Source: Candidatus Campbellbacteria bacterium RIFOXYC2_FULL_35_25
GTDB lineage: Bacteria > Patescibacteriota > Minisyncoccia > Phycocordibacterales > UBA12079
DNA: 64,000 nt
Direction of reading: 5' to 3'
Assembly (NCBI GenBank): GCA_001774495.1
Contig: MFAE01000006.1
Coordinates: 69,356 to 133,355, forward strand
The position numbers and the translations under genes are program-made. Positions 1 to 8,699 of the stretch are shown here, one piece after another. The notes under the pieces are model-generated. The model was not told the origin of the DNA, searched no databases, and saw nothing but the letters and a program-made list of their open reading frames with translations. How positions within the stretch are numbered: position 1 is the stretch's first letter; each line of letters begins with the position of its first letter.

Positions 1-707
1 GTTCCTCTTTTTTTAGCCGCATAGGCAACCGCATCTAAACGGACGACCTTTATTTTATTCTTTGCAAGATTATCAATAATTTTTTTAAATATTTTTTTAA
101 CCTTTAGGTTTTCTATGTCCCAATCAATTTGGTCGGGAGAAAAGGTACAATATAAAACAGACTTAGTTCCATCTTTTTTTTCAAAATCATAGAAAAGAGG
201 ATTTCGATGCCGACGATAAATTTTTCCTAAATCTATTTTATTAATACCATTTTTGTGAAAAATAAAATCGGATTGACTGATGTTATCAAAAATACTCAAG
301 ATAAAAGCTGGCAGTCTTTTTTCTAAGTACTTTAAATATTTAATACTATGGTTTTGATTAAACTTTTTTGGTGTTATAAAACAATCCTTATACTCAGATT
401 TATCACCTTTCTCAAGAAAATCTTGAAAATATTTGGAATGTCTTGAAATATGGTTAATAACGAGGTCGCTAGTTAAAGCATAATCGCTAGCCAACTTTTT
501 TACATCACCCCAAGTGCCAAAAGAAGATTCAACCTCAAAATAATCAACAGGCGAAAAACCACGGTCAGATGATGATGGAAAAAAAGGAAGCAAATGAACA
601 CCCCCTATCTCTTCTTTAAAAAACCTGTTTAAAATTGAGTGTAATTCTTCGATGTTTTTACCAAAAGAATTTGCATATGTAATTAATTGAATTTTATTTT
701 TAATCAT
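1..707 (-). CDS. GH13 sucrose phosphorylase-like glycosidase (partial; C-terminus lies beyond the window start)
   Basis: Minus-strand ORF from ATG at 707 running off the window edge. N-terminus MIKNKIQLITYANSFGK...GGVHLLPFFPSS...RLDAVAY resembles the sucrose phosphorylase N-terminus, including the catalytic RLDAV region. Not listed in the ORF track because it is unterminated. Confidence 0.55.
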   Translation of the reverse strand, partial: MIKNKIQLITYANSFGKNIEELHSILNRFFKEEIGGVHLLPFFPSSSDRGFSPVDYFEVESSFGTWGDVKKLASDYALTSDLVINHISRHSKYFQDFLEKGDKSEYKDCFITPKKFNQNHSIKYLKYLEKRLPAFILSIFDNISQSDFIFHKNGINKIDLGKIYRRHRNPLFYDFEKKDGTKSVLYCTFSPDQIDWDIENLKVKKIFKKIIDNLAKNKIKVVRLDAVAYAAKKRG

Positions 708-753
708 CTATTTTTTGTTTCTATAAACTACCTACTATCAACTATAGACTAAT

Positions 754-2535
754 TTATAGTCTCTCAGGACTTTCAATTCCCAAAAGATTCAAACCATTTT
801 TAATAATTTGAGCAACTGCTTCTGTAAGAGCTACTTTGTATGGAGCATTTTTGTCTGTTTTATCGGCAATTTTGTTGTTTCCATAGAAAGAGTTGAAGGT
901 TTGAGCCAATTCAAAAAGATAAGTAGCAATATAATGAGGCTCATATTCTTCCCCTGCTCTTTCTACAATTTCTGGGAAACGATAAAGCAACTTTTCTACC
1001 TCTGTTATTTCTTCATCTAAAAGTTGGTTGTCGGACAACCAACTTTTTATATTTTCTTGGTGGGCTTTTTCAATAACAGACTTTGCTCTGGCGTATGTGT
1101 ATTGCAAGTATGGTCCAGAGTTTCCTTCAACAGAAACTGATTTATCAAAATCAAAAATAATATCTTTTCCGCTCGCTGATCTCAAAACTGAATATTTGAT
1201 TGCGGACAAAACAACCTGGTTCACAACACTAATATCTTTAGATTCTTTAAATTTCTTTTCAACAACTTTTTCAACTTCTCCCAGCAATTCAATTGCCCCT
1301 TGAACATTCCCAGTACGAGAAGACATTTTTCCTTCAGGCAACCTTAGCATACCGTGAGAAATATGCTTGGTTTTTTTAGCTAACTCAGGATAAATAAATT
1401 CCATAGCTTTCAATAAGACCTGAAAGTATCCGTCTACTTCATTACCCGTAATAACGATAGACTTGTCATATTGGTATTCTTCAAATTTTATTTGGGCTAA
1501 ACCTAATTCTTTTGCTTCATAAGTGGGCAAATCTTCTGAATTAACAAAAACCCTCGTATGCAAACTAGATTTTTCTTCAGAAAAAATAATAGCTCCTTCA
1601 CTTTTTTCAAAAACTCCTTTTTCTAGATATTCCTCTACGATTTTTTTACCTAAAACACCTGTGTTACTCTCTAAATAATAAAAATCAAAATGTTTCCTGC
1701 TATCTATATCTTTACTATCAACAATCGGTTTCATACCTAGTTTGTCATAAATAACCTCAAAAAAGTTTAGACTCCATTTTTTTCCTACTTCATAAAAACT
1801 ATTTATTTCTTCATCAGATTTATCATAAATTTTTTTGTTTATCCGGACAATCTGTTTTTTCACTTCAACATCATCGTTGTATTTTTTATCTCCCAAAGCA
1901 TAGGCTTGCCCCAATAAACCGATCCTCAACCCTAGGTCTGTAACATTTTTTACACTACTATTTCTAAACTCCTCAAATTTCTCCCGTAAGGAAACATCAT
2001 CCATTAAACTATAAATAGTTTTGGCAACATGAATTCCAACATCACCTTGGTAAATAGCTCTCTTTACCTCTGCACCACTAAAATTAATGATTCTTGCAAT
2101 TGATTCCCCGATGGTGTTACTCATAAGATGCCCAATGTGGAATTGTTTAAAAGGATTAGGGTCAGTATATTCCACCATTATTTTTTTTCCTTTCAAATTT
2201 TCGTTACTTCCATACTTGTCGCCTGCTTTTAAAACTGTGCCAAGATTTTCTTCAAAAAACTTTTTGCTTAGATAAAAATTTATAAAGCCCGCACCTGCCA
2301 CCTCAACCTTCTCCAAGGACTCAGTTCCTGTGAATTTTATTCTTTCAACGATTTTTTCGGCGAGTTCTTTTGGATTTTGCCCAAATTGTTTTGAATAGAC
2401 CATAGCAACATTGGTTGAATAATCCCCCATAGCTAAATCAACGGGGTGTTCCATGTGAACAACGTCAGTCTCAACCCCCAATTCACCGAGAGCTTCTTTT
2501 GTTAATTTTTCTAATTCTTTTTTAATAGCAATCAT
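754..2535 (-). CDS. argS: arginyl-tRNA synthetase
   Basis: 593 aa with the class I HIGH motif (FHIGHLMS) and ArgRS-like N- and C-terminal anticodon-binding regions. Confidence 0.9.
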   Translation of the reverse strand: MIAIKKELEKLTKEALGELGVETDVVHMEHPVDLAMGDYSTNVAMVYSKQFGQNPKELAEKIVERIKFTGTESLEKVEVAGAGFINFYLSKKFFEENLGTVLKAGDKYGSNENLKGKKIMVEYTDPNPFKQFHIGHLMSNTIGESIARIINFSGAEVKRAIYQGDVGIHVAKTIYSLMDDVSLREKFEEFRNSSVKNVTDLGLRIGLLGQAYALGDKKYNDDVEVKKQIVRINKKIYDKSDEEINSFYEVGKKWSLNFFEVIYDKLGMKPIVDSKDIDSRKHFDFYYLESNTGVLGKKIVEEYLEKGVFEKSEGAIIFSEEKSSLHTRVFVNSEDLPTYEAKELGLAQIKFEEYQYDKSIVITGNEVDGYFQVLLKAMEFIYPELAKKTKHISHGMLRLPEGKMSSRTGNVQGAIELLGEVEKVVEKKFKESKDISVVNQVVLSAIKYSVLRSASGKDIIFDFDKSVSVEGNSGPYLQYTYARAKSVIEKAHQENIKSWLSDNQLLDEEITEVEKLLYRFPEIVERAGEEYEPHYIATYLFELAQTFNSFYGNNKIADKTDKNAPYKVALTEAVAQIIKNGLNLLGIESPERL

Positions 2536-2550
2536 TGTTCTTCATTATTT

Positions 2551-3165
2551 TTAAATAATATTTTGTATTTCTATTATATCATCTATTAAATAGTCCGGGT
2601 TTGATTTTGAAACTACATCCTTATGTTGAATCCCCCAAGTAATTGCAACCGTTTTAACCTGTGCCATTTTCCCGAATTCTACATCCCCACAAGTATCCCC
2701 TACATAAAAAGTATTGGCTCTATCAAGCCCGTATTCCTCGACCAAAGAAGCAATTGATTCTTCTTTGAGATGATTTCCTCCTCCGATGGTCTTTGTTATA
2801 AAATGAGAAATCCCAGATCTTTCAATTTCCGGCATTAATTTTGAAATTGGATCAGAGCTAACAATAAACAATTCAAAGCCATGCATTTTTAAATACTCAA
2901 CTACTTGTTGCACATTATAGAAAATATCCGGCTCACCAACTTGATGAATAAATTTTTCGTACAACTCCTCAGCTTTTTCTTTTGTTAAGTCAGGGAAATA
3001 TTTATTCCAAAATTTCATGTAAGGCATCGTAAAATTTATTTTTATCTCTTCTTCAGAAAGTAGAGTACCACCCTGATCTTCAAAGATAAGCCCACACACT
3101 TTATAAAAACAATGGAAATTGTCACTTAGAGTTCCTGACCAATCAAAAATGAAAGCTTTTTTCAT
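2551..3165 (-). CDS. HAD-superfamily hydrolase (phosphatase)
   Basis: N-terminal FDWSGTL (DxDGT-like motif I) and a C-terminal GDTxxD motif; 204 aa. Confidence 0.7.
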   Translation of the reverse strand: MKKAFIFDWSGTLSDNFHCFYKVCGLIFEDQGGTLLSEEEIKINFTMPYMKFWNKYFPDLTKEKAEELYEKFIHQVGEPDIFYNVQQVVEYLKMHGFELFIVSSDPISKLMPEIERSGISHFITKTIGGGNHLKEESIASLVEEYGLDRANTFYVGDTCGDVEFGKMAQVKTVAITWGIQHKDVVSKSNPDYLIDDIIEIQNII

Positions 3166-3210
3166 AATAAATTAAATACTACCACAGCAGGTAGTTTTTA
3201 TAAATATAAA

Positions 3211-3238
3211 AGCCCCGCATCGCAACGGGGCTTTCGGA
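3211..3238 (-). terminator. rho-independent-like hairpin
   Basis: aaagccccgcatcgcaacggggcttt stem-loop between the Nudix stop and the HAD start. Confidence 0.45.
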
Positions 3239-3250
3239 CGAGCAAAAAGC

Positions 3251-3649
3251 TCAATTTTGGGGAAGATGCCCTTGTTGTTGGAGAGCACTCACCACCTGCC
3301 TTGTGGCGCTACACAGAGGGAGACTCAGTGGGTCTTCGGCCAACATAGTACCTTTGGCGGAGTCGTCGGGACAAAAACCTTCCCCCTCGACCAGATAGAC
3401 GATGTCGCATACCTCTTGTGAAGAAAGAAGACTAGTCCCCCTTCGGAAACATTTGAAATACTCGAGACATGCAATATGCGAAGTTGGGCTACAAAACTTT
3501 CGGATAAGACATTGGATGTCAGTAGAATCACTTGCCTGTGGCATCCCGCTAGGCAATGTCCAAATCTTTCCTTCGCGGACCAACAGAAGCCGTCCACCCT
3601 GAATCACCGCTGCCTTGATAACCTCTTTTACTTCATTAATCTGCATCAA
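3251..3649 (-). CDS. Nudix-fold protein with degenerate Nudix box, lying in a GC-rich islet
   Basis: N-terminus AAVIQGGRLLLVREGKIWTLPSG is typical of the Nudix fold, but the REx2EE glutamates are missing. Local GC is visibly higher than the flanks. Confidence 0.4.
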   Translation of the reverse strand: MMQINEVKEVIKAAVIQGGRLLLVREGKIWTLPSGMPQASDSTDIQCLIRKFCSPTSHIACLEYFKCFRRGTSLLSSQEVCDIVYLVEGEGFCPDDSAKGTMLAEDPLSLPLCSATRQVVSALQQQGHLPQN

Positions 3650-3774
3650 AAGCCCCCCTCATTAAATTTTTTACCACTTTGATTAAGAACGCCAGAGGTA
3701 TTTTTAACACAAAAAAGTAAAAAAGAAAAGCTTTTATAAAAACAAAAATCGCCTGAGGCGATTTTTGTTTTAGA

Positions 3775-3905
3775 GTTCTTTTGTTTCTCTGTTCTTCTGT
3801 TTCTTTGTTCTTTGTTTCTTTGTTTCTTTGTTTCTTTGTTCTTTTGTTTCTCTGTTCTTCTGTTCTTCTGTTCTTTAGTTTCTATGTTCCTTCGTTTCTC
3901 TGTCT
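3775..3905. repeat. tandem 8-mer array (GTTTCTTT/GTTCTTCT, about 16 units)
   Basis: Direct reading of the sequence. The array lies between the dut stop (3909) and its terminator hairpin at 3741-3765. Confidence 0.85.
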
Positions 3906-3908
3906 TTA

Positions 3909-4331
3909 TTAAACCCCAGTACTTCCAAAACCACCATCGCCTCTTTCTGTCTCACCCAAAGAATCAGCAACTTCAATTTCTGGACTCTCAATTTTTTGAA
4001 TTAACATTTGAGCAATTTTTTGACCCTTTTTAATTTCAAAAGTTTTTTCACTAAGATTTTTTAAAACAATCAATATTTCTCCTCGGTAACCAGAATCAAT
4101 AACTCCCGCCATCGTCTTAACCCCATTATTAAAAGCCACTCCACTTTTATCCCAAACTAAACCAACATAACCATCTGGGATTTCCATTTTAATTCCAGCC
4201 GAAATTCTTTTCATTTCTCCTGGTGTAATTGCTTCATCAACCGAAGAATATATATCAAAACCAGCATCGCCCGCTTTTGCATAATTAGGAACAACCGCGT
4301 CCTCTGATATTTTTTGTATTTTTATTTTCAT
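3909..4331 (-). CDS. dut: dUTP diphosphatase
   Basis: 140 aa with conserved dUTPase motifs (AGFDI, GVIDSGYRGE). Confidence 0.9.
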   Translation of the reverse strand: MKIKIQKISEDAVVPNYAKAGDAGFDIYSSVDEAITPGEMKRISAGIKMEIPDGYVGLVWDKSGVAFNNGVKTMAGVIDSGYRGEILIVLKNLSEKTFEIKKGQKIAQMLIQKIESPEIEVADSLGETERGDGGFGSTGV

Positions 4332-4470
4332 ATTAGTAAATATGATAACAATAAAATAGTAAATTAAAAAGGATTTGATTGACTTTGGGTGCCTGTTTGT
4401 GTATAAATTCCATAGGAAGTAGGTTCATTGAAAGTAACCAAGATCAACATATACAAGAGGAGAAGAAACA

Positions 4471-5373
4471 ATGGAGAACGTCGCTTACAAACCTTACGAA
4501 GGAAGGACACCTGATTATCAATACCAAAACACGATCAAGCTCATACTTGAACAAGGGGTGAGATCCAAGAGTCAACCTGGTACAGATACCTTAACGGTTC
4601 TGTGTCCGCCAGCAAGCCACTACCGTCTTGATAATGGCTTCCCAATGATTACAGAAAGGAGTGTAAAATCATTTTGGGGACAACCCATCGGAGAAATCTG
4701 TGCATTTGTAAATGGAGTGAGAACACTCAAGGGACTGGAAGAATTTGGCTGTAAGTTTTGGTCACTTTGGGGTACACCTGAAAAATGTGCGAAACGAGGA
4801 TTGGAAGCTGGTGACCTAGGTCCCGGCTCTTATGGAGCAGGATTCCATGATTTTCCTACTGCTGATGGAGGAACTTTTAATCAGTTCCAACATATCATTG
4901 AGCAAATCAAGGAGATTCCTCATTTGAAAACCCATTTCGTCAGCCCTTGGATACCTCAGTTCATCGGCCGAGGCAAAGGAAAACAACAAAAGGTTGTTGT
5001 TGCCCCGTGTCATGGCTGGCTTTATTTCAAGGTGTATGGTGACGAACTCACTACAGTAATGGTTCAGCGTTCGGCTGATTTTCCTGTCGGAGTTCCATCC
5101 AATATGATTCAATATGCTGCTTTAACAATGATGATGGCCCATGCCACCGGGTTAAAGCCTGTTGAATTTATTCACCAACCAATAGATGCTCACGTCTATG
5201 TGGATCAAATTCCGAGAATGAAGGAACTCATCAAGCGAGAACCAAGACCCTTTCCAACAGTAACCATGAATACCGATGTTGATGACTTTTTTGGTTTCAG
5301 GAAAAAACACTTTACACTGGGCGACGATTACAATCCTCACCCAGCAATGAAAGATATTCCAGTAGCAATTTGA
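4471..5373 (+). CDS. thyA: thymidylate synthase (ThyA type)
   Basis: Catalytic PCH (VAPCHGW), REPRP and a C-terminal DYNPHPAMKDIPVAI that aligns with the E. coli ThyA terminus. Asn is present in the FNIASY-equivalent region, indicating dUMP specificity. GC-rich relative to the flanks. Confidence 0.9.
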   Translation: MENVAYKPYEGRTPDYQYQNTIKLILEQGVRSKSQPGTDTLTVLCPPASHYRLDNGFPMITERSVKSFWGQPIGEICAFVNGVRTLKGLEEFGCKFWSLWGTPEKCAKRGLEAGDLGPGSYGAGFHDFPTADGGTFNQFQHIIEQIKEIPHLKTHFVSPWIPQFIGRGKGKQQKVVVAPCHGWLYFKVYGDELTTVMVQRSADFPVGVPSNMIQYAALTMMMAHATGLKPVEFIHQPIDAHVYVDQIPRMKELIKREPRPFPTVTMNTDVDDFFGFRKKHFTLGDDYNPHPAMKDIPVAI

Positions 5374-5390
5374 TAACGGAGGTAAGGGAC

Positions 5391-6332
5391 ATGACCACAC
5401 AAGTATCTATAATTGTGGCCATGTCCCTTAACGGGGTTATAGGTCACAAAAATCAAATCCCATGGTACATACCAGATGACTTAAAATACTTTGCAAAAAT
5501 TACTACAGGACACACTGTGATAATGGGTCGTAAAACTTACGAATCCATAATACAAAAACTTGGTCACCCTCTCAAAGGTAGATTGAGTATAGTCCTCACT
5601 AAGAAAATAAATTACGAGGTGGGGGAAGGATGTTTTGTTGTTGAGTCTTTTGAAGAAGCTTTGAAAATCTCCAGTGGTGAAGTATTTGTCATAGGTGGTG
5701 AGCAAATATATGAATTAGCATTACCGTATGCTGACAAAATATATTTAACCATTGTTGAAGGACATTTCGATGGAGATGTATTTTTCCCAAAAATCAATAA
5801 AAATGACTGGGAAGAGATATGTATAGGCAAAGGGAAGTATGATAATATAAAATACAGTTTTATGAAACTTAAAAGGAAAAAATTTATAGATATCAATCAT
5901 TCCAGAACACCAGAACAAACTGCCATCATGAAAAAAATAGAAGCTGATGGTGTGTGTCCGTTTTGCATGGAAAATTTCAAAAAGTATCACACTAAACCGA
6001 TCATTAAAGAAGGGGTTTGGTGGATGTTGACCGAAAACTTTGTTCCGTACAAAGGAACAAAATTACACTTACTTATCGTCTACAAACATCATGCGGTTAA
6101 ACTTGAGGAAATTGACCCAAAGGCTGGGACAGAACTTGTTGAACTCCTGTCATGGATTGAAAAAAAATACAATCTTGATGGAGGTTCTTTGTTCATGAGA
6201 TTTGGTGAAACCGATTTAACTGGTTCTAGTGTTAACCACATCCACCTACAAATCATCGTCGGAGAAGTCGGTAGATCAAAAGAATCTTCTCCTTTAAGAA
6301 TAAAACTTGGTTACAAAAAAGCAAAAGATTAA
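5391..6332 (+). CDS. folA: dihydrofolate reductase fused to a HIT-superfamily (GalT/Ap4A-phosphorylase-like, HxHxQ) domain
   Basis: N-terminal ~165 aa is DHFR (IVAMSLNGVIG...GRKTYESI...VIGGEQIY). C-terminal ~150 aa carries NHIHLQII and an upstream CPFC. GGAGGT RBS 7 nt upstream of the ATG at 5391. The track ORF starts slightly upstream at 5370. Confidence 0.8.
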   Translation: MTTQVSIIVAMSLNGVIGHKNQIPWYIPDDLKYFAKITTGHTVIMGRKTYESIIQKLGHPLKGRLSIVLTKKINYEVGEGCFVVESFEEALKISSGEVFVIGGEQIYELALPYADKIYLTIVEGHFDGDVFFPKINKNDWEEICIGKGKYDNIKYSFMKLKRKKFIDINHSRTPEQTAIMKKIEADGVCPFCMENFKKYHTKPIIKEGVWWMLTENFVPYKGTKLHLLIVYKHHAVKLEEIDPKAGTELVELLSWIEKKYNLDGGSLFMRFGETDLTGSSVNHIHLQIIVGEVGRSKESSPLRIKLGYKKAKD

Positions 6333-6335
6333 ACC

Positions 6336-6372
6336 CCTCCAAACCTTTCGGCCGGAGGGGTTTCTTTTTTTT
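6336..6372 (+). terminator. rho-independent terminator
   Basis: cccctccaaacctttcggccggaggggtttc followed by a T-run. Confidence 0.7.
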
Positions 6373-6381
6373 CGAAATAAA

Positions 6382-7242
6382 CTACATTATTATCTGAATG
6401 ATCTCAACATTACGGTCTTTAAGTACCTCCTCGCCATCTAACATAGCGTATCCATTGATAAAATAACACTTTTTAATACCACTCCTGCCTACCAACTTTG
6501 CGCAAGGAGGACAAGGGAAGTCTGAGACAAAAAGATACGTTCCTTCGAGACAAATCCCCCTCTTTGCTGCCTCGGCAATGAGTATTGCTTCAGCATGTTC
6601 AGCGGTAGAAAGTTCAATATTAACGCCTTTGTTAAAAACAGCTCTCGGGTCACCGAAAATATAGGGGTTTTGTTCTTCTGGAAGATGTTGATTGTGAGCA
6701 ACTAACAAGATCTCTTCTCCTCTTGTAATTACTCCGCCAACCTGTCGCCACCAGTCCCAACTTTTCTGGGATTCATTTAGTACAACACCCACAACTTCTT
6801 TCTCAAAATTCGTCAAAGATATTCGATCACACGAAAGCTTTTTTGCCGCTGTTGTGTTTACTTTATTCCACCTTAAAAAAATCTGGTGAAAAATGACATC
6901 CTTGCCGAGAAAATATTTTTGTGAAATAGACCTTGAGACATCCTCGTCAGGCATGATAATTTGATCTCCACAAGAAACCAAAAACTGGATAGAATTCAAA
7001 TTTAATACATGCACGCTGTCGAAAATATTCCATGATCTTACCGCATCCATCACCATTTCTGGTGATATAGCTCTCAGAGAATCCTTCCTTGAAACATAAT
7101 CTAAATCAGGAATTAAGTTAATCAAATCATCCCCAATTATGTACAAGGTTTTCGCGCCACATTCGCAAAACAAATTCAGATAACCCTTGTGGAGAGCTGG
7201 AATGTAGGAAACGAGTATCTTACTCATTAGACTTCTCCTCAA
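6382..7242 (-). CDS. CMP/dCMP-deaminase-domain protein with N-terminal uncharacterised domain
   Basis: C-terminal zinc-binding HAE...PCxxC (HAEAILIAEAA...CPPCAKLV). The N-terminal ~150 aa has no domain I recognise. 4-nt overlap with the upstream gene. Confidence 0.55.
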   Translation of the reverse strand: MRRSLMSKILVSYIPALHKGYLNLFCECGAKTLYIIGDDLINLIPDLDYVSRKDSLRAISPEMVMDAVRSWNIFDSVHVLNLNSIQFLVSCGDQIIMPDEDVSRSISQKYFLGKDVIFHQIFLRWNKVNTTAAKKLSCDRISLTNFEKEVVGVVLNESQKSWDWWRQVGGVITRGEEILLVAHNQHLPEEQNPYIFGDPRAVFNKGVNIELSTAEHAEAILIAEAAKRGICLEGTYLFVSDFPCPPCAKLVGRSGIKKCYFINGYAMLDGEEVLKDRNVEIIQIIM

Positions 7243-7811
7243 AGGTTGTGGATTTCTTCTTGAAGAAGTTTTTCCAGTTTAGGAGCTAAATTTTCTGCAA
7301 ATTTTTTAGCTCCATCTACAAATAGCCTCCTTACCTTAGCAGTGGTACTTGTCGTAGATTGTGCCTCCAGAACATGAATGTGCCCACAAAAACTGCGCAT
7401 CTTATCGACTTTTTCGTTACTGTGTTTGGTTGTTTTAGAAATGACGAGAATGTCTGGTTTAACAGTTTTTATAAGTTCCATTGGCCCATCTTCAAGATCT
7501 TTTAGCACGATGAAATCAACAGGCCTAACAAACGACAATATGGCCGATCTTTCATCTTCAGACACAATAGGTCTATCAGGACCTTTTCTCTTTTTAACCT
7601 TGGCATCGCTATCCAAGCCGACTATTAAAACATCTCCCAAATCTTTTGCTTTTTGAAGATACTGGGCGTGTCCAATGTGAAAAAGATCGAAGGTACCAGA
7701 TGTAAGAACTATCTTCTTGCCTTGTCTTTTCAAATCAGAAATTAATTGACCGACCGATTGAGCAACTACACTAGATGATAAATTGTTTGAGGAAAAACTA
7801 CATAAACGCAT
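7239..7811 (-). CDS. cytidylyltransferase-family nucleotidyltransferase (HldE/RfaE domain II-like)
   Basis: TSGTFDLFHIGHAQYL matches the (H/T)xGH nucleotidyltransferase motif of ADP-heptose synthase-like enzymes. Confidence 0.6.
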   Translation of the reverse strand: MRLCSFSSNNLSSSVVAQSVGQLISDLKRQGKKIVLTSGTFDLFHIGHAQYLQKAKDLGDVLIVGLDSDAKVKKRKGPDRPIVSEDERSAILSFVRPVDFIVLKDLEDGPMELIKTVKPDILVISKTTKHSNEKVDKMRSFCGHIHVLEAQSTTSTTAKVRRLFVDGAKKFAENLAPKLEKLLQEEIHNL

Positions 7812-7859
7812 AATAACTACCTCCTATACTCTGTTTTATTTTAATACCGTAATATTTTT

Positions 7860-7909
7860 CAAACGACAAATCTGACTTGAGTATAGTTTTTTGTTCAATT
7901 GGAGTCAAG
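7860..7909 (-). promoter_or_regulatory. sigma70-like promoter (TTGACT-N17-TATACT) plus conserved 20-nt leader
   Basis: Minus-strand -35 at 7903-7908 and -10 at 7880-7885, followed by the leader CAAGTCAGATTTGTCGTTTG. A near-identical copy sits at 8644-8693 upstream of tmk. Confidence 0.55.
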
Positions 7910-7972
7910 AGAAAAAAGAAATCCCCGCCCAGCACAGAGGCCAGACGGGGAGAATCGAAAACAACAGAAAAA

Positions 7973-8608
7973 TTAAATGACCTGCTTCAACTTAAGGATT
8001 TTTTTGATTTCCTTAAAAACCCTATCCGAACTTAATGTTCCGTCGATAACTTTTACTCGACGAGGTTCGTTTTTCGCAATCTGCAAAAACCCCTCTCTAA
8101 TCCTGTTGTGAAAAGTCATCTTTTTCTTTTCAAAACGCGATTCATCATCTCCCCGATCCCCGTTCTTCACTTGAACAAATGTTCAAGGAAGCCCAATTTC
8201 TGGGGGGACGTCAAGCAAGATGGTTAAATCGGGCTTGAAGTTACTGAAAGCAACAGTGTGGAAAAGGTGAACGATTTTTAAACCCACCCTACCAACGACT
8301 CCTTGGTAAACAGCGGAGGAATCAAAAAAACGATCACACACGACAATCTTCCCAGATTTCAATGCCGGCATAATTACCGTTTCAAGATGCTGAGCTCTGT
8401 CAGCCATGTACAACAACAATTCTGCCTTAGGAACAATTTCCTCATTTTTTGGATTCAACAGAATAGCTCTGATTTGTTGGCCAATGGTTCCTTCGCCAGG
8501 TTCCCTTGTAAGAAGATACTCGATATTCCGAGCATCAAACAATGCAGAAATTCTTCTTATCTGGGTTGTTTTTCCAGAACCTTCTCCACCTTCAAGTGAT
8601 AAAAACAC
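7973..8608 (-). CDS. tmk: thymidylate kinase interrupted by a single in-frame TGA (pseudogene, readthrough or sequencing error)
   Basis: GTG start with GGAGG RBS. The P-loop GGEGSGKTT and DRxxxS LID region lie in the 141-aa ORF. The TGA sits at 8183-8185. The downstream 65 aa is in the same frame and is the Tmk C-terminus (FHNRIREGFLQIA). Confidence 0.7.
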
Positions 8609-8643
8609 GGCAAACCTCCATTAAGATGATTATATGTAACTTC

Positions 8644-8693
8644 CCAAACGACAAATCTGGCTTGAGTATAGTTTTTTGTAAAGTACGAGTCAA
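8644..8693 (-). promoter_or_regulatory. sigma70-like promoter plus conserved leader (second copy)
   Basis: TTGACT (8688-8693) - N17 - TATACT (8665-8670) on the minus strand, then CAAGCCAGATTTGTCGTTTG. Confidence 0.55.
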
Positions 8694-8699
8694 GTAAAA

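Noticed and set aside
808-2275. Plus-strand ORFs 808-1020, 1028-1303 and 2087-2275
   Set aside because: They are antisense shadows within argS.
7973-8608. Alternative genetic code (UGA=Gly, code 25, or UGA=Trp, code 4) as the explanation for the in-frame TGA in tmk
   Set aside because: All other conserved genes in the 64-kb window, including 4.5-kb and 3.7-kb ORFs, are free of in-frame TGA. thyA, the 349-aa surface-protein ORF and other ORFs terminate at TGA in positions that make sense. The TGA in the surface-protein gene is not followed by a continuing frame.
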